The notes: generated from the letters alone by a model not told the origin. A stretch of DNA of 64,000 nucleotides from Psilocybe cubensis (GCA_017499595.2 CM039005.1:2480001-2544000), one strand, 5' to 3'; positions 13,370 to 27,799 are shown, counted from the first letter of the stretch. Numbers and translations: made by a program.

Positions 13370-14213
13370 GGCATTTGTCTATGCGTCAACCTTCTGGGGA
13401 AGACTGAAGACAATGATCAGACCCCTGGTCAAAAATGCATATGGCCTCGAAGTCCCGTCGGAGGTCATTGCCGCAAATCCCAATATGTTTGAAAATCAGA
13501 TGGGGGAGATTGAATATATTAAGGACAGGGTAGCATATTGGCTATTCAATAGTAAATACTACCGGAGTGTTGCCAAAACCTGAGTGAGTTTGCCGTCCAT
13601 TTTACCTGGCTTACCACTCATTGATTTGTTTCCAGTATCACAATGTCCCATTTGGACATCCTTTTGTGAAGAAAATCTGTCTGGACTTCTTCTACCATCC
13701 TACAAAAGGGGTTGCAGTCCCCATCAAAGGTCTAGAGACAAAGATGGATTTCTTCAAGACATCGCTTCCCCCACAAAGCATTTGCGCTTATGGCCAGTTG
13801 TGTAGTTCTGATTTCTCTCCTGCTATTGGCACTGCCTTGCTAACAAGCATTTTGCTGTAGATTCACAACTGTCTTGAGGAGTGGAGGGATGGGATTGACC
13901 CTGCAAGAGGTGGTCCATGTTTGGGTATTGAATTCAAGGGAGAGGAGTACTCCCTGAGGTATGATGCCTGCATGTTGGTTGCAGTAGAGGCAGAGAAGGA
14001 TACCTTGAACCAAGGTTCTTGCTTGGCTCGCTTATGTAAGGAAGTGGCTGAGGAAGGATGGTGTGTATCTTTTTTTATTCATTTCTTTCTTTGCATCATT
14101 TAGATCTCCATAATCAGTGCTATCATGAGGCCTACAAAGAACCCCCCCAACCCTTATAGGATGACTCTCCATTCTATTCCACAGGAGGAACTAGATTACG
14201 GTCCAGAAGGGTA
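13370..14213 (+). pseudogene. 5'-truncated intron-containing hypothetical gene fragment, possibly DUF6532-like
   Basis: Spliced reading gives PFGHPFVKKICLDFFY...HNCLEEWRDG...FKGEEYSLRY; domain assignment from pattern memory only. Confidence 0.35.
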
Positions 14214-15418
14214 GTTGGGTGAATAAGCAGGATAGCTGCCGGGTGTGGATTAGAAGATACCATATTTAGATTGTCACGTATTAATAGTTATGCATCTACT
14301 AATAGAAACATGTTTGGTCCGATCCAAACATAGATTATCTATTTTTAAAATTGCCCATTTTAGTCAAAAATGGTTTGGTTTTCAGTGTGATATTGGCACT
14401 TGCAGGAATAGCCACATAATACTATACAAATGAAAGTGGATACTATATATGCCTTTGTACCTATTTGCAGTGTGTTATGATGTGCTACAAATCTGTGGTA
14501 GCATGCTACAATTTGTATGTCAATTGTATACAGAGGAGTATGGACCATGGTAAGCATGCTACACGCCGCTACACAGCACTTGCGTTATAATATAGATCAT
14601 TACAGAGTACCATGTCACATTGGTACCAAGCTACAGGTACATCAGTGTGTGTTACCCAAATGGGACCGTTACTATGGGCACTACAGAATTACGTATCACT
14701 ATGAATCATTACCTACTTGGCCCCGGTATTGCTGATGTAGCAGAATATATATTTCGAAGGACATTAGAATATAATAAACCTTTATGTCATAAACTTGAGC
14801 ACTTTGCTCACTTGGGCTTTTAAGTTCAGAGTGACGCTTGGATTGGGGAGTCAGCTTGGCTCCACTTTGCCTCACCAACCTGCCAGTTGAGCTTATACTC
14901 TGGGTGGTATAGCAGGTTGGATTGGGCTTAGTCTCGCCTCAATCATTCTGTTAAATACCAGTTGCTCTGGACTTACCCAGTCTTCTTCTTTTCAGATACT
15001 ACTGAAAGTTTGGATCTTGAAATTGGGCTCTACCATGCCCAAAACTCAACGAGCATTGTTTCCCATCCCGGACAATGCTTTTGGTGTGTTTGTACTTCAG
15101 ATGAATCGTGTCGGATGCGTCTGGCGTCACGTGACTTACCATGCCAATCACACGCGAGATCCTCTCTGAAGGAGCCATGGGCAAGCCCAAGGCACCACAG
15201 GTATTCTGTGAATCACGATTTACCTGAACTCATTCACTTGGACATAGAAATCTAGGCTTGTACTACCAGCGGGTGTGTTTGATACCCCGCTTTCCTGCTT
15301 CCAATACAAAAAGCCGTTTAGCTTATCTTCACAAGTGGGTGGCTGTGTAAGGAAATAACCAGGTTTGCGATTCGCGTCGGAGTTTCAAAATTCACAAGAC
15401 TTCTGCTAAGAACTCCTC

Positions 15419-18313
15419 ATGTACCCAATCATTGCGAACCCATCACCCCCGAGTGAATACAACCTGTTGATTGCACAACTCATGAAGAACCCCCACTATC
15501 CCAATGGGTGGAGACAGTTGATAAATCTAGCAGAACTGTCAAAGGACCTAGAGAAGATCAGTAAATTGTATCAACTGTTCCTCAGTCACTATCCAAATAT
15601 GTAATGTATGTTTCTGCGGCTTGGTCCTGCTGGGTTATCTTTTCTTGACCAAATCTGTATATACTCAGGCTTCAGCCCAGATAGCGTACATAAAACATTA
15701 TGTCAACCGTGATATGTTAGACAGCACAGAAGCCTTGTTCAAAGAATATCTTGTTTGGTTACCGTGCATAGAGCTCTGGGTCTACTACTTAAACTATGTA
15801 TGTGCGGTAGGTCAACTGGGAAACTCTGTCATGGTTTTGCTCTATAACGCGGAGGATACATATTTTCTCAGCAAACAAAATACAGAGCTGGCCCAATGGG
15901 ATACCGTCCGGATGTTGTTTGAGTTTGCTCTGAAGCATGTTGGTGAGGATAAAGAGAGTGGTGTAATATGGGGGGAGTACATCAAGTTTCTGCAGTCTGG
16001 AGGGGTGCGTCATGTTCTGGCTCTATTAACAGCTACAGTATTTGGTAAATTTTGTCTGCAGGCAATAATGACCTTGGACCAACAACAGAAGACCAACTGC
16101 CTGCGGAAGGTATTGCACCGCACCGTTCAAATACCCCTGGACAATGTTGAAAGCCTATAGCGCAAACTCGAGATGTTTGAGAATGGCCTGAATAAAATTA
16201 CAGCCAGAACTCTTACCAGCGCACATGCATGCTCAGACTGTCCTGCGGCAAATTATCAACTACACTGGACCCTTGTTTGCAAATGAGAAGGACTCATTAT
16301 TCCTGCCATCTCTCCCAAGGTTTGACCCATTGGACCGCGCACTTGTTGGAAAATGGAAAGCCTACATCAAATGGGAAGAGAGCAACCCGTTAAAGCTTGA
16401 CAACAAGGATAAATCCAGGCTAATTTCACGCATTCAGGGTGTTTATCAAAAGGCTGTAATCCGCATGCGGTATTATACCAAGATATGGCAAGAATAACAT
16501 ACCACACAGTTCCATAAATGTGCTAACATGTTGCCAGGTTCATGGCCTACACATGGACAAACAGTATAGGCAAGAACAACAAGGCACTTTTGATTCTGAA
16601 AGCTGGCCTGGATGCCAATCCCTCAAGGTACGTTCTATACTTACACCACTTTGATAAATCTGTGCCAAAATTCTCTTTTCCATAGTTTTCTCCTCAACTT
16701 TGCCTATGCTGAGGCCCTAGAAATCAACAAAGACCACGCAGAGGTGCATGCCACATATGAGAAATTCCTCGGTATTCTTCGTGCCAACCTTGACAGACTA
16801 AAAAAAACTTCAAAACCTGATGCCACCGCGAGCGGTTCTTAGCGCAACAGCACAAAAGCCCCATCATCGGTTGTGCTAGCCATCATTTCTGAACCTCGCT
16901 CAAATGTCCCGTTGGTCAGTTTACAAGAATTGCAGGAGGACAAAATGCCAAAAACCACTGAATTGGAAAAGCACCGCACCGAATATGGGTTAGCATGGAT
17001 TATGTATATGTGTTTTGGAATGAGAGCGGAAGATGTGAAGGCCTTTCAAACAATATTTGGGAAGGCGAGGCGTGATCTTTGGTTGTCTTGGGAGATCTAT
17101 GAGGCTGCGGGTACGATGTGTTTACTTGATACTACAACTAATAAATGCGGTGCTGACTTGATTTTTTCTCTTTAGTGTTGACTGAATATCACTGTTCTGA
17201 TGATAAAGGTGTGGCCAGCCGGATCTTTGAGAAGGGCATGGAATCCTTCGGCAACGAGATTGACTTCGTGCTACGATATTTAGGCTTCCTGATTTCTATT
17301 AATGATAAGAATAGTGAGTTGTGATTTGATTGATTGGACAACCAAGACTGAATTATGATATTATTTTTCAGACGCCCGAGCACTCTTTGAACGTGTTATC
17401 ACCACTTTTGAACCAAACCGTGCTCGCCCACTATGGGAACAATGGGCTTGGTATGAGTATCAATATGGAGATCTGGAGGCAGCTCTAAAGTTGGAAAAGA
17501 GGATGGCAGTAGTGTATATGTCTGGTGTGTTTCTATTACTACAACGTTCTATTCTTCTCATTTCAAAGTATCTTAATATTAGACCCTCCAATCAAATGAT
17601 TGGCCCAACAGCATATCTACCTGAACACTGATGTGATTGCTGACCAAGACCTTGGGTTTGTCCTTGCCAGCCAAGCAGCGGCGTCTGCGGCATCTATGTC
17701 TTTCAACCGTGTGGAGGCTTCTTAGCACTCCATCTTCCTATCCACCAACTCCCAGAACAACTTACAGGCCTACCGCAATAAAAGGCCGTTCTCACCTGAC
17801 TACCACACCAAGCGCCCAAGCAATTACAGCGCGACACACAAGCACAGTCGGCCATTGTCACCTCCACGAGCTCGGCAAGATCAAGAACATGATCAGGAAC
17901 GGCGGGACAGTGAACAATGGGATGGTGCTCCGTCAAGAAGAAGGTCCTCACCTCCCCTGCCAAATTGTGACAGGGACGACCACCCACCTCCACCACCGCG
18001 CCATTGGTTTGACAATAAATGCCAAGTCACTTTGCCTGTGATTGTCCCTTGGTTCATTGAAAAATTACCCATGGCGTCCTCATTTGACAGTGCGTCTAAT
18101 GTTTTATATCATGTTCTTTTTGTTTAGTGGCTTGCTCAATGTTGACATGAGTGTTTCGTAGGACCTGTATTTAGAACTGACGATTTGATGAACCTGTTCC
18201 GGACTGTTGTCATACCCAGCACCTCTTTCCTGCCTAAATATCCTCATAGAACTCACGGATGTCCGCCCACACGCAGCGTCAAGGTGGATTCCTACAAGTC
18301 TCATGCATAGGTG
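15419..18313 (+). pseudogene. RNA14: Rna14/CstF-77 (HAT-repeat mRNA 3'-end processing factor) pseudogene with introns
   Basis: ELWVYYLNYV, FEFALKHVGEDKESGVIWGEYIKFL, VQIPLDNVESL, WKAYIKWEESNPL, ASRIFEKGM, GPVFRTDDLMNLF; in-frame stops (e.g. 16158-16160, 16840-16842). Confidence 0.85.
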
Positions 18314-19554
18314 AAGACACACAAGTTGTTGTGTGGGCCAGTGCGTTGCATGGCAAATACAAGTCCCTTTTCCTAAGAATACATTTGTTCTTCAAATTTG
18401 TTGTCAATTTTTATGCACATTATATTATTATATTATTATAATATTAACAATGGAACTTGAGTCTGTACATAAGTAGCTGTAAGTTAATATACGCAAGCCT
18501 GAAAATTTTCTATAATGGCATACAAGCGGGCAATACTGTCCTCCGTCTCAAGAGCAAGTATTGAAGACAATGTAAAAACTGATTGCTGTTGTGACAAGAT
18601 TCCGTCCAATGTTTGTTCAGATATATTTGTAGAACGACAGCGTTACATACTGACGGACGGGGAAATTCCGCGGAATTCCGTCCGCCACGTTGCGCTGTGT
18701 AACACTCCAGTGACACACTGATAATTATTGTGTGGCACTCAGGTATTGCGCTGTATAGTACTGTGATGCACTAAATCTATACTTGTAGCACTTAAGTGTT
18801 ACATCCTAATGTATATATCTGCACTAGTAGCTGCCACTTAAATCAATCATAATGTGCTGAGTGCCTACATGGCGATGTGCATTTTCACCACGTTTTAATG
18901 ATATGAAATCATAGATTATTGCTATAAGTTATAGCTAAATGATATATCTTTCAATACTGTAACACAGCTAAGTAATTGCAAATCATTAAAAGGCTTGTAA
19001 TCTACAGTAATTTGTCAATAAGATATTATAAAATTGCTTGTAAGCTACCACATTCTGGAATCAGATCATTAAGATCATTGTAAATCACAGAAGAATAGTA
19101 AATATTGTATGATAGCATTGCTTGTAAGCTACCATACCACATAAGACAGTTTAGTTTTAACGTACATTACCTAAGATTTAATATCTAGGAGATTGCGTGA
19201 AACACGGTCTATTTTTGCTTACTAGCAATCTAGGAGATTGACATGATGTACGTGTCATTTAGACTAGAAAATCATAGCGTGGAACACGGGCCATTTAGCC
19301 TAAATGGCCCTGCCACCTATCTAGCTCAGAAAAAAAACATTCCGTGAGCCTGGCAACACGGAAAAAGAACATTCCGTGAGCCTGGCAACACGGACAAATA
19401 CTGTTCCGTGTTTTTGATTATTTTTGAATGCATGAAAGACCAATGACTTTGATGCATAATACCAATATCTTACATATGTATATTCAATGTTTATAATGTT
19501 TTGTTACTCAGTGAGAGACTAAATATTGACAGCTTGATTATACTTCGGCGGAAA

Positions 19555-20158
19555 GATGTGTTCCGTGTCAAAAACACAGAGGAAACTGGTGTTCCATGTC
19601 AAGGATGTTCTGTATCAAGAAAACCCTGTCAAAAACGCGGTGGAAAGTGTTATTCCGTGTCAGATGCATTCATGGTGGAACCTGGATGTTCCATGTCAAA
19701 AACACGGAGGAAAATGGTGTTCCATGTCAAAAACGCGGAGCAGGGGGTGTTCCGTGTCAAAACTTAGTGGAAACTAGTGTTCCATGTCAAGTATGTTCTG
19801 TATCAAGAAAACCCTGTCAAAAACACGGTGGAAAGTGTTATTCCGTGTCAGATGCATTCATGGTGGAACCTAGATGTTCCATGTCAAAAACACGGAGGAA
19901 AATGGTGTTCCGTGTCAAAAACGCGGAGCAGGGGGTGTTCCATGTCAAGAACTTAGTGGAAACTAGTGTTCCATGTCAAGTATGTTCTATGTCAAAAAAA
20001 CCCTGTCAAAAACGCGGTGGAAAGTGTTATTCCGTGTCAGATGCATTCATGGTGGAACCTGGATGTTCCATGTCAAAAACACGGAGGAAAATGGTGTTCC
20101 GTGTCAAAAACGCGGAGCAGGGGGTGTTCCGTGTCAAGAACTTAGTGGAAACTGGTGT
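19555..20158 (+). repeat. ~189-bp tandem units built from ~27-30-bp subunits (gttccRtgtcaaaaac), left TIR
   Basis: Unit starts near 19582, 19770 and 19959. Confidence 0.9.
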
Positions 20159-22049
20159 TTGAAAAGACAATTTTCTGAGTAAAGTGCATTCATAATGAAA
20201 AGTGCATTTATGTCAAAACAGCATACATGGTAGAAAGCATATCTATATCAAAATATACCTTGGTGTAATGTGTCTCTTTGTTGAAGTAATATATTGTTAT
20301 TTGTTTGGCTTTGTGGTGTTGTCTAAAAATATAACAAATAAGGATTTTCCGTTGTGTCATCAAGCTTGCTTCCTGAATCTATTAATAGTGCTCATCCTTT
20401 GATACTTTTGTGCATTGCTAGAAACCCATTGTGTGCTTTCTGGAGCACCAATGTGTCGTTTTTCTTTGGGTTTTTTGGTAATTCTATACTGAATATGAAA
20501 ATGAACTTATAATATATCAACATATTTCTGTGTAATAAACTGTACAATATTTGATTAACATGTTTTTTTTTAGTAGCATTTTCAAGGGGTTAGCCTGGAT
20601 CTTTTGAACTATTTCATTATTTTTTAATTAGGTTAAATAGATTGTATGCCAAGTTTGAGCTCAAATAGAGCATTTGAATTGATTGAACCATAATGTGTAT
20701 TCTACCCCTCCTCCTCTCCCTATATCAATGCCTTAATAATCAGATAATTTGAAGCCCAACTGGGAAGTCATAGGCATCTTTTACAAGAGCTTTTAGAACC
20801 CAGAATCATGATTAAATTCCTAGTATGAAGAGTAGTATTCCCCACCTCTTGTAAATACTGTATATTCTCTGATGGGGCAGAAAAAGTCTTGAGCTCTGAA
20901 ATAACATCTTAGAGCTACTTTACAGTATGTTATTAACATAGGACAGTATCTAGGAATATATTATATACAAAGAAACAGCTTGGGTAGGAAGCTACAACAA
21001 AGAAGTTGTGTGGTGTACATAATACAAGCATAGCTTCCTTTAAACTAGTCTATATTCCACAAAATGGACATTTATAAGTAGCTATCAATGTCCCTTATAT
21101 GTTACAGTAATACATGTAGGCCTTTCAACCAACCCTCAAGATGGTAGATGAAGAATATTAAACATATTCCAAGAATAGACAAAATGTGATATATACAAGC
21201 AAAGACATTGGTTATAAAATAAATGAATAGTACAGACCTGTAGCTCTAGAAAATACCTACAGAAAGTTAAAAGGATCATGAGATTCCGAGGTGTCTGGAC
21301 TGAGATATGTCAAAATGTATCTCAGAAAAATGTCAAAGTGGTGACCACAAACAAAGTATAAATAAAGACCAATATCCATCCGGGTCTCAGATGGGTTCTT
21401 TAACATCTTTCTTTGCATATCTCAGCAACCACTGGTCTGATGCACAACATCCTCTATATTCTGAAGAGCTAGAATCTGGGGCTACACAAATCTGCTTTTA
21501 TATATATTGATCATGGTCATTTATATATGGTAAATGGAACAATACTGCATATTTAATAGACAATGTTATTCACCTTGCACCATCTCCCATAATATATGTA
21601 ATTTTACACTTATTGACAAACATGTTTAGAGAATGTATAAAGGTATATATAGCTGTCAAGAAGATAGATTATTGTAAGGTGTTTGTAAAGATATGATCTG
21701 ATCACCAACACTCAACATTTCTTATCATGGCCACCTTAAATCAGGATGTTCTCATTCTCCAGGACAGCTACAGTACCATGTATTTGATAGTAGGCACTTT
21801 GAACAGCAAATAAACATAGGTAATAGATGGCTAAAACTCTATCTTGACAGATAATAAAAGATGCTGTGTCAGAAAAAGATGGGGAATAGTGCCACCCATG
21901 ATAGGAATTTCACATCAGTTATTGGCTTTAAAATTTGGAATAATGGGTGCTTAATATGACCCAGTTGTGCTTGAGGTTATCTGATCAGTAAAAGTTTGAT
22001 ACAAAAATGTTTTCTTTTTGGTGGATGCAGTTGATATGGAATATTCTTT

Positions 22050-22945
22050 TCCCCCATGGATGCACTTGACATGGAACATCCTTGAAATAGAACATCTCTT
22101 TCCACCAAGTTGTTAAGATGGAATATCTCCTTCCACCATGTTTTTGACACGGAACACCTGTGCTTTGCGTTTTTGACATGCAACACCTGTGCTCCGTGTT
22201 TTTGACATGGAATACCACTTTCCTCCGTGTTTTTGATATGGAACATCCTGGTTCTACCATGGATGCATCTAACATAGAATAACACTTTCCACCACGTTTT
22301 TGATATGGTTTTTTTGACATAAAACTTACTTGACATGGAACACTAGTTTCCACTAAGTTCTTGACACAGAACACCCCCTGCTCCGCGTTTTTGACACGGA
22401 ACACCATTTTCCTCCGTGTTTTTGACATGGAACATCCTGGTTCTACCATGAATGCATCTGATACGGAATAACACTTTCCACCGCGTTTTTGACAGGGTTT
22501 TTTTGACATAGAACATACTTGACATGGAACACTAGTTTCCACTAAGTTCTTGACACGGAACACCCCCTGCTCCGCGTTTTTGACACGGAACACCATTTTC
22601 CTCCGTGTTTTTGACATGGAACATCCAGGTTCCACCATGAATGCATCTGACACGGAATAACACTTTCCACCGCGTTTTTGACAGGGTTTTCTTGATACAG
22701 AACATCCTTGACATGGAACACCAGTTTCCTCCGTGTTTTTGACACGGAATACATCTTTCCTCCGTGTTTTTGACACGGAACACATTTTTCCGCCGTGTTT
22801 TTGACATGGAACATCTAGGTTCCACCATGAATGCATCTGACACAGAATAACACTTTCCACCGCGTTTTTGACAGGGTTTTCTTGATACAGAACATCCTTG
22901 ACATGGAACACCAGTTTCCTCCGTGTTTTTGACACAGAACACATC
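22050..22945 (-). repeat. Same ~189-bp array, inverted, right TIR (more units than the left)
   Basis: Repeated gtttttgacaYggaac; reverse complement of 19555-20158. Confidence 0.9.
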
Positions 22946-25900
22946 TTTCCGCCGAAGTATAATCAAGCTGTCAATATTTAGTCTCTCACTGAGTAACAAA
23001 ACATTATAAACATTGAATATACATATGTAAGATATTGGTATTATGCATCAAAGTCATTGGTCTTTCATGCATTCAAAAATAATCAAAAACACGGAACAGT
23101 ATTTGTCCGTGTTGCCAGGCTCACGGAATGTTCTTTTTCCGTGTTGCCAGGCTCACGGAATGTTTTTTTTCTGAGCTAGATAGGTGGCAGGGCCATTTAG
23201 GCTAAATGGCCCGTGTTCCACGCTATGATTTTCTAGTCTAAATGACACGTACATCATGTCAATCTCCTAGATTGCTAGTAAGCAAAAATAGACCGTGTTT
23301 CACGCAATCTCCTAGATATTAAATCTTAGGTAATGTACGTTAAAAATAAACTGTCTTATGTGACCATACCCTAGAGCAAAATCATTAGGGCTACTGTAGT
23401 CCACAGAAATGTAATAAATATTAGATTATATCATTCCTTGTAGATTACCATATGCTGGAATTAAATCATTAAGATCATTGTAAATTACAGAAGAGTAGTA
23501 AATATTATATGATATCATTGCTTGTAAGCTACCATACCCTGAAGCAAAATCATTAGGGTCACTTTAGTCTATAGATATGCAATAAATGCTAGATCATATC
23601 ATTCCTTGTAGGTTACCACATGATGGAATGAGATTATTCATTCCTTTCTGATTAGATATAAGCATGTATCTTATCTGTGCTTGGTCATTTGTGATATGAT
23701 GCCATCAATTCAGGAACCCTGGCTAAGTCTGGATCCTGCCATCAGCTCTATCAAAACTATTATTAAATAGACATTCTGATCTCGGCCCCTGGGTCTATAA
23801 TAATGCTCATCCTATGCTACTTTTGTGCATTGCTGGCAATGCATTGGGCGCTTTTGGGGGCATTTCTGGACCGTTTCCCTTGGTGTTTTTTGGTAGACCT
23901 ATAGTTTTAAGGTGTACCAATTCGAATCTGAAATCAGAATTGCAATATCTTTACTCATTATTGTGCAATTAAGCGTACGAGGTTTTGGTCAAAAGACGCA
24001 CCTTGAATAGCACCCTCCAGGGATTGGTATGCACCCTTCTGACTATGTCATTATTTTTTATTTATATTAGATAGAGTACATGCCAAGCTTCAGCTTAATT
24101 GGAGCAGTGGAATCTATTGAACTAGAATGTGCACCCTACCTCTCCTCCTACCCCTTGTATAAATGTTTTCCTGATCTGATACATTTGGGCCCAGCTAGGG
24201 CTGAGTAGGCGCTTATTTTAAAAATTTTTAGAGCCCATAATCTTGATTAAATTCCAAGATTTAAGGGTACTACCCCCATCTCCCTCCAGAACTTGTGTAT
24301 TTTATTATGGGATAGGATGGGCTCTCAAACCATTGAAAAACATGTATATCTACTACTAACAGTACATAGAGTCCAAAATTTACCCTTGAAAGCCCTCTTC
24401 AACAAGGAAACATACTGATTAAAGGGGAGGTATGAGGAGAGGTATGGTAGGTTATTGATCAGGCCATATCTCTACAAATACTTTGTCATAAATCATGTTC
24501 TTGACGTCTACAGATACCTATAGGTGCCTCCTAAATATCATTCTCAGTTTCTAAAAAGACCCATCCATTAGATGAGATACTGCAGAGAGAATACCATTCT
24601 TCATCAAAATGCACAGTATTTTTGCATTTACCATATATAAACATTCAAGATCAGGAAATATAAAAGCAGGATAGTATAGCCCCAAAATGCAGCTTTCTAG
24701 AACATCAAGGATGTTGTGCATCGGACCAGTGATTGTTGAGATATGGAAAGAAAGGTGTTGAAGAACCCATTAGAGACCCGGAAGGATATTGGCCTTTATT
24801 TATGCTTTGCTTGTGGTCACCTCTTTGGCCTTTTACCTTCTTATTAGCCTCATAACCAAGGTGTTCCCCTTCATCCTGAATGTTTCAAAGATATGTATTA
24901 TGTTTGTGGTACTATATAGAGCAGATTTACATATCTATATGTGCTGGGAATAGTCATTCTATCCCATAATAAAATACACAAGTTCTAGAGGGAGTGGGGG
25001 GTAGTACCCTTAAATCTTGAAGTTATACCAATATTTTGGGCTCTAAAAATTGGTATAATGGGCGCCTACCCTGCCCCAGTTGGGCCTAAATTTATCTAAT
25101 CAGAAAGGCATTTATACAAGGGGTAGGAGGAGAGATAGGGTGCACATTCTAGTTCAATAGATTCCACTGCTCCAATTAAGCTGAAACTTGGCAAGTACTC
25201 TATCTAATATAAATAAAAAATAATGACATAGTCAGAAGGGTGCATACCAACCCCTGGAGGGTGCTATTCAAGGTACGCCTTTTGACCAAAACCTCGTACG
25301 CTTAATTGCACAATAATGAGTAAAGATATTGCAATTCTGATTTCAGATTCGAATTGGTACACCTTAAAATTATAGGTCTACCAAAAAACACCAAGAGAAA
25401 TGGTCCAGAAATGCCCCCAAAAGCGCCCAATGCATTGCCAGCAATGCACAAAAGTAGCATAGGATGAGCATTATTATAGACCCAGGGGCCGAGATCAGAA
25501 TGTCTATTTAATAATAGTTTTGATAGAGCTGATGGCAGGATCCAGACTTAGCCAGGGTTCCTGAATTGATGGCATCATATCACAAATGACCAAGCACAGA
25601 TAAGATACATGCTTATATCTAATCAGAAAGGAATGAATAATCTCATTCCATCATGTGGTAACCTACAAGGAATGATATGATCTAGCATTTATTGCATTTC
25701 TATAGACTAAAGTGACCCTAATGATTTTGCTTTAGGGTATGGTAGCTTACAAGTAATGATATCATATAATATTTACTACTCTTCTGTAATTTACAATGAT
25801 CTTAATGATTTAATTCCAGCATATGGTAACCTACAAGAAATGATATAATCTAATATTTATTACATTTCTATGGACTACAGTAGCCCTAATGATTTTGCTC

Positions 25901-26889
25901 TAGGGTATGGTAGCTTACAAGCAATGCTATCATACAATATTTACTACTCTTCTGTGATTTACAATGATCTTAATGATCTGATTCCAGAATGTGGTAGCTT
26001 ACAAGCAACTTTATAATATCTTATTGACAAATTACTATAGATTACAAGCCTCTTAATGATTTGCAATTACTTAGCTGTGTTACAGTATTGAAAGATATAT
26101 CATTTAGCTATAACTTACAGCAATAATCCATGATTTCATATCATTAAAACATGGTGAAAATGCATATTGCCATGTAGGTACTCACCACACTGTAGGATAT
26201 AAGTGGCACACACCAGTCATATCTGACACTTTGGTCATAGATATTATTTCTAACGCCTACATTCCCTGGCTAAAGATTCCAGCACATAATCAAATTATTG
26301 GGGAGCTTGCTCCCCTTTGTACTGGTGGGGACCCAAAATGCTTAAGCACACATGATCCACCAGTATTTTGATCGTCACCCCGTGCGAAAATGGCACCCTG
26401 TGCAAACCTAGCAGGGAGACCTGCCGACATTTGTGATGCGGCAAGATTCTACTAGAGCATGCCAGGTACTGGCATAGCAAATTAATTGTTCTTTTGGGTT
26501 TGCCGGTGTGTATCAATAGGGGGAATTTCTCCTTGTGTGCTTCCAAAATCTTTCATCAGCCAGATTGCTTATGTGAGGCTTTCCAGACGGAAAGTCTCAC
26601 ATAAGCAGACAAGTATGTTGTAATCAATCCGGCCATCACTGGATCAAATGGTAAACACATACCTCATATATACCTCAATATGAGTCTTTCCTCTTTGCTC
26701 ATACCTCGACTCTGGTCCATTGCAGGCGGTTGGAAAGTGACTCAGGACTACGGGAGGATAGGTTGGAGTGAATCAGGGGAGACCTATGAATGGGAGACCC
26801 AAAAAGGTACGCATCCATGTCTCTTTCCATTATTTAATTGCCCTAAAGTGTTTCCCATTGCCTGCAGTGTCCCAACAACATTCTTCAAA

Positions 26890-27790
26890 ATGCCTGTAGC
26901 TCCAGATAACCTCATGTTTGCAGCTGGAAAGCTGGGTATGTATATTTACGCTGCACTCTTGCGCACATTAATTGAAACGAAACCGAACATTAATAGATGT
27001 GGGATTCTGAAATGGCGGTATGCTGCATCCAACTTGTTACAGTTGGACCAATTCTCATCATTTATCCTAGATTCTTCTTAGTAAAAGGGGGCACTTGATT
27101 GAACTCTTGTATATCCTTTTACCACCTGGAGTGACAATAGGATCCATCGTTAAATTTGCAGTACACCAGAACCATGCCGAGGAGAAAAAGCAAGAAATCG
27201 AATTTTGGTCTTTTCAGGAGGATATATTGAACCACTTTAGGCAGGACTTGCCTGATCCACCAAAGCTATTGGTGCGCGCCTTTAATTCCTTTTGTTTTTT
27301 AACGTTGTTCTCATAACTATCCCTCCAAAGGTTTGCCACATCACACAGACGCCAGCCACGCTGGAATGGCCACCTATCAAACTAGCGACAGCCAACTTTG
27401 GTCTCTCAATATACACAAAAATGGCGAATGTCTCTCATCTGTCTCATCTCCTTTGACCAATACCTCTACAAAACATTCCGGAATGGACTTCAACACTGAC
27501 TACTTGTTCCAACTCATTCTTCGCACTATAGCCGGAACATACCCTTTGAACGTGCTTAACGTCAAGACACACACTATGTCGGACACCTCTAGAATTTCTG
27601 TATGCTTTGGAAATGTGCAGGACCCTCTCCTGTTGGAGAACGCAAAAATAGCATTGAGTGAAATGGGTGGGAAGTGGAGTGACAAAATTCAGATTGATAT
27701 GTTGCACTTTACATGTACAACTCCAGCAGCTGTGTCGATAGGGGAAAATGCGACTGGAAACACAAGCAATGCTCTTTCCACCCATATGTG
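26890..27790 (+). pseudogene. CHS5: Chs5 (exomer scaffold) N-terminal/FN3/BRCT fragment, degenerate and 3'-truncated
   Basis: AGKL..., LLPPGVTIGSIV...HQNHAEEKK, FQLILRTIAGTYP...KTHTMSDTSRISVCFG, EMGGKWSDKIQID.LHF.CT; frameshifts. Confidence 0.75.
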
Positions 27791-27799
27791 TTGTTGCCC

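Larger units (their letters stand above)
19138..23362. mobile_element. 4225-bp non-autonomous DNA element with ~1-kb terminal inverted repeats (TIRs; CACATAAGACAG...) and 7-bp TSD ACCATAC
   Basis: ACCATAC at 19131-19137 and 23363-23369; termini CACATAAGACAG / CTGTCTTATGTG; middle holds a diverged copy of the palindromic core (~20385-21975). Confidence 0.92.
18858..26218. mobile_element. Symmetric version of the 9045-type element (GACTGG-side sequence on both flanks, left tip missing), interrupted by 19138-23362
   Basis: 18858-19137 plus 23363-24160 match 9078-9990; 25100-26218 is their reverse complement ending ...GGCACACACCAGTC; spacer 24170-25100 is the reverse complement of ~9995-10925. 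Confidence 0.85.

Noticed and set aside
18650..18857. Small palindromes left of the 18858 element as its missing terminus
   Set aside because: No match to either terminus consensus and no TSD with the 26219 flank
19501..22999. Long Cys/Lys-rich ORFs (e.g. 21985-22944, 319 aa; 19596-20162)
   Set aside because: Products of the 189-bp (63-codon) tandem unit in the TIRs; open in several frames, not protein-like
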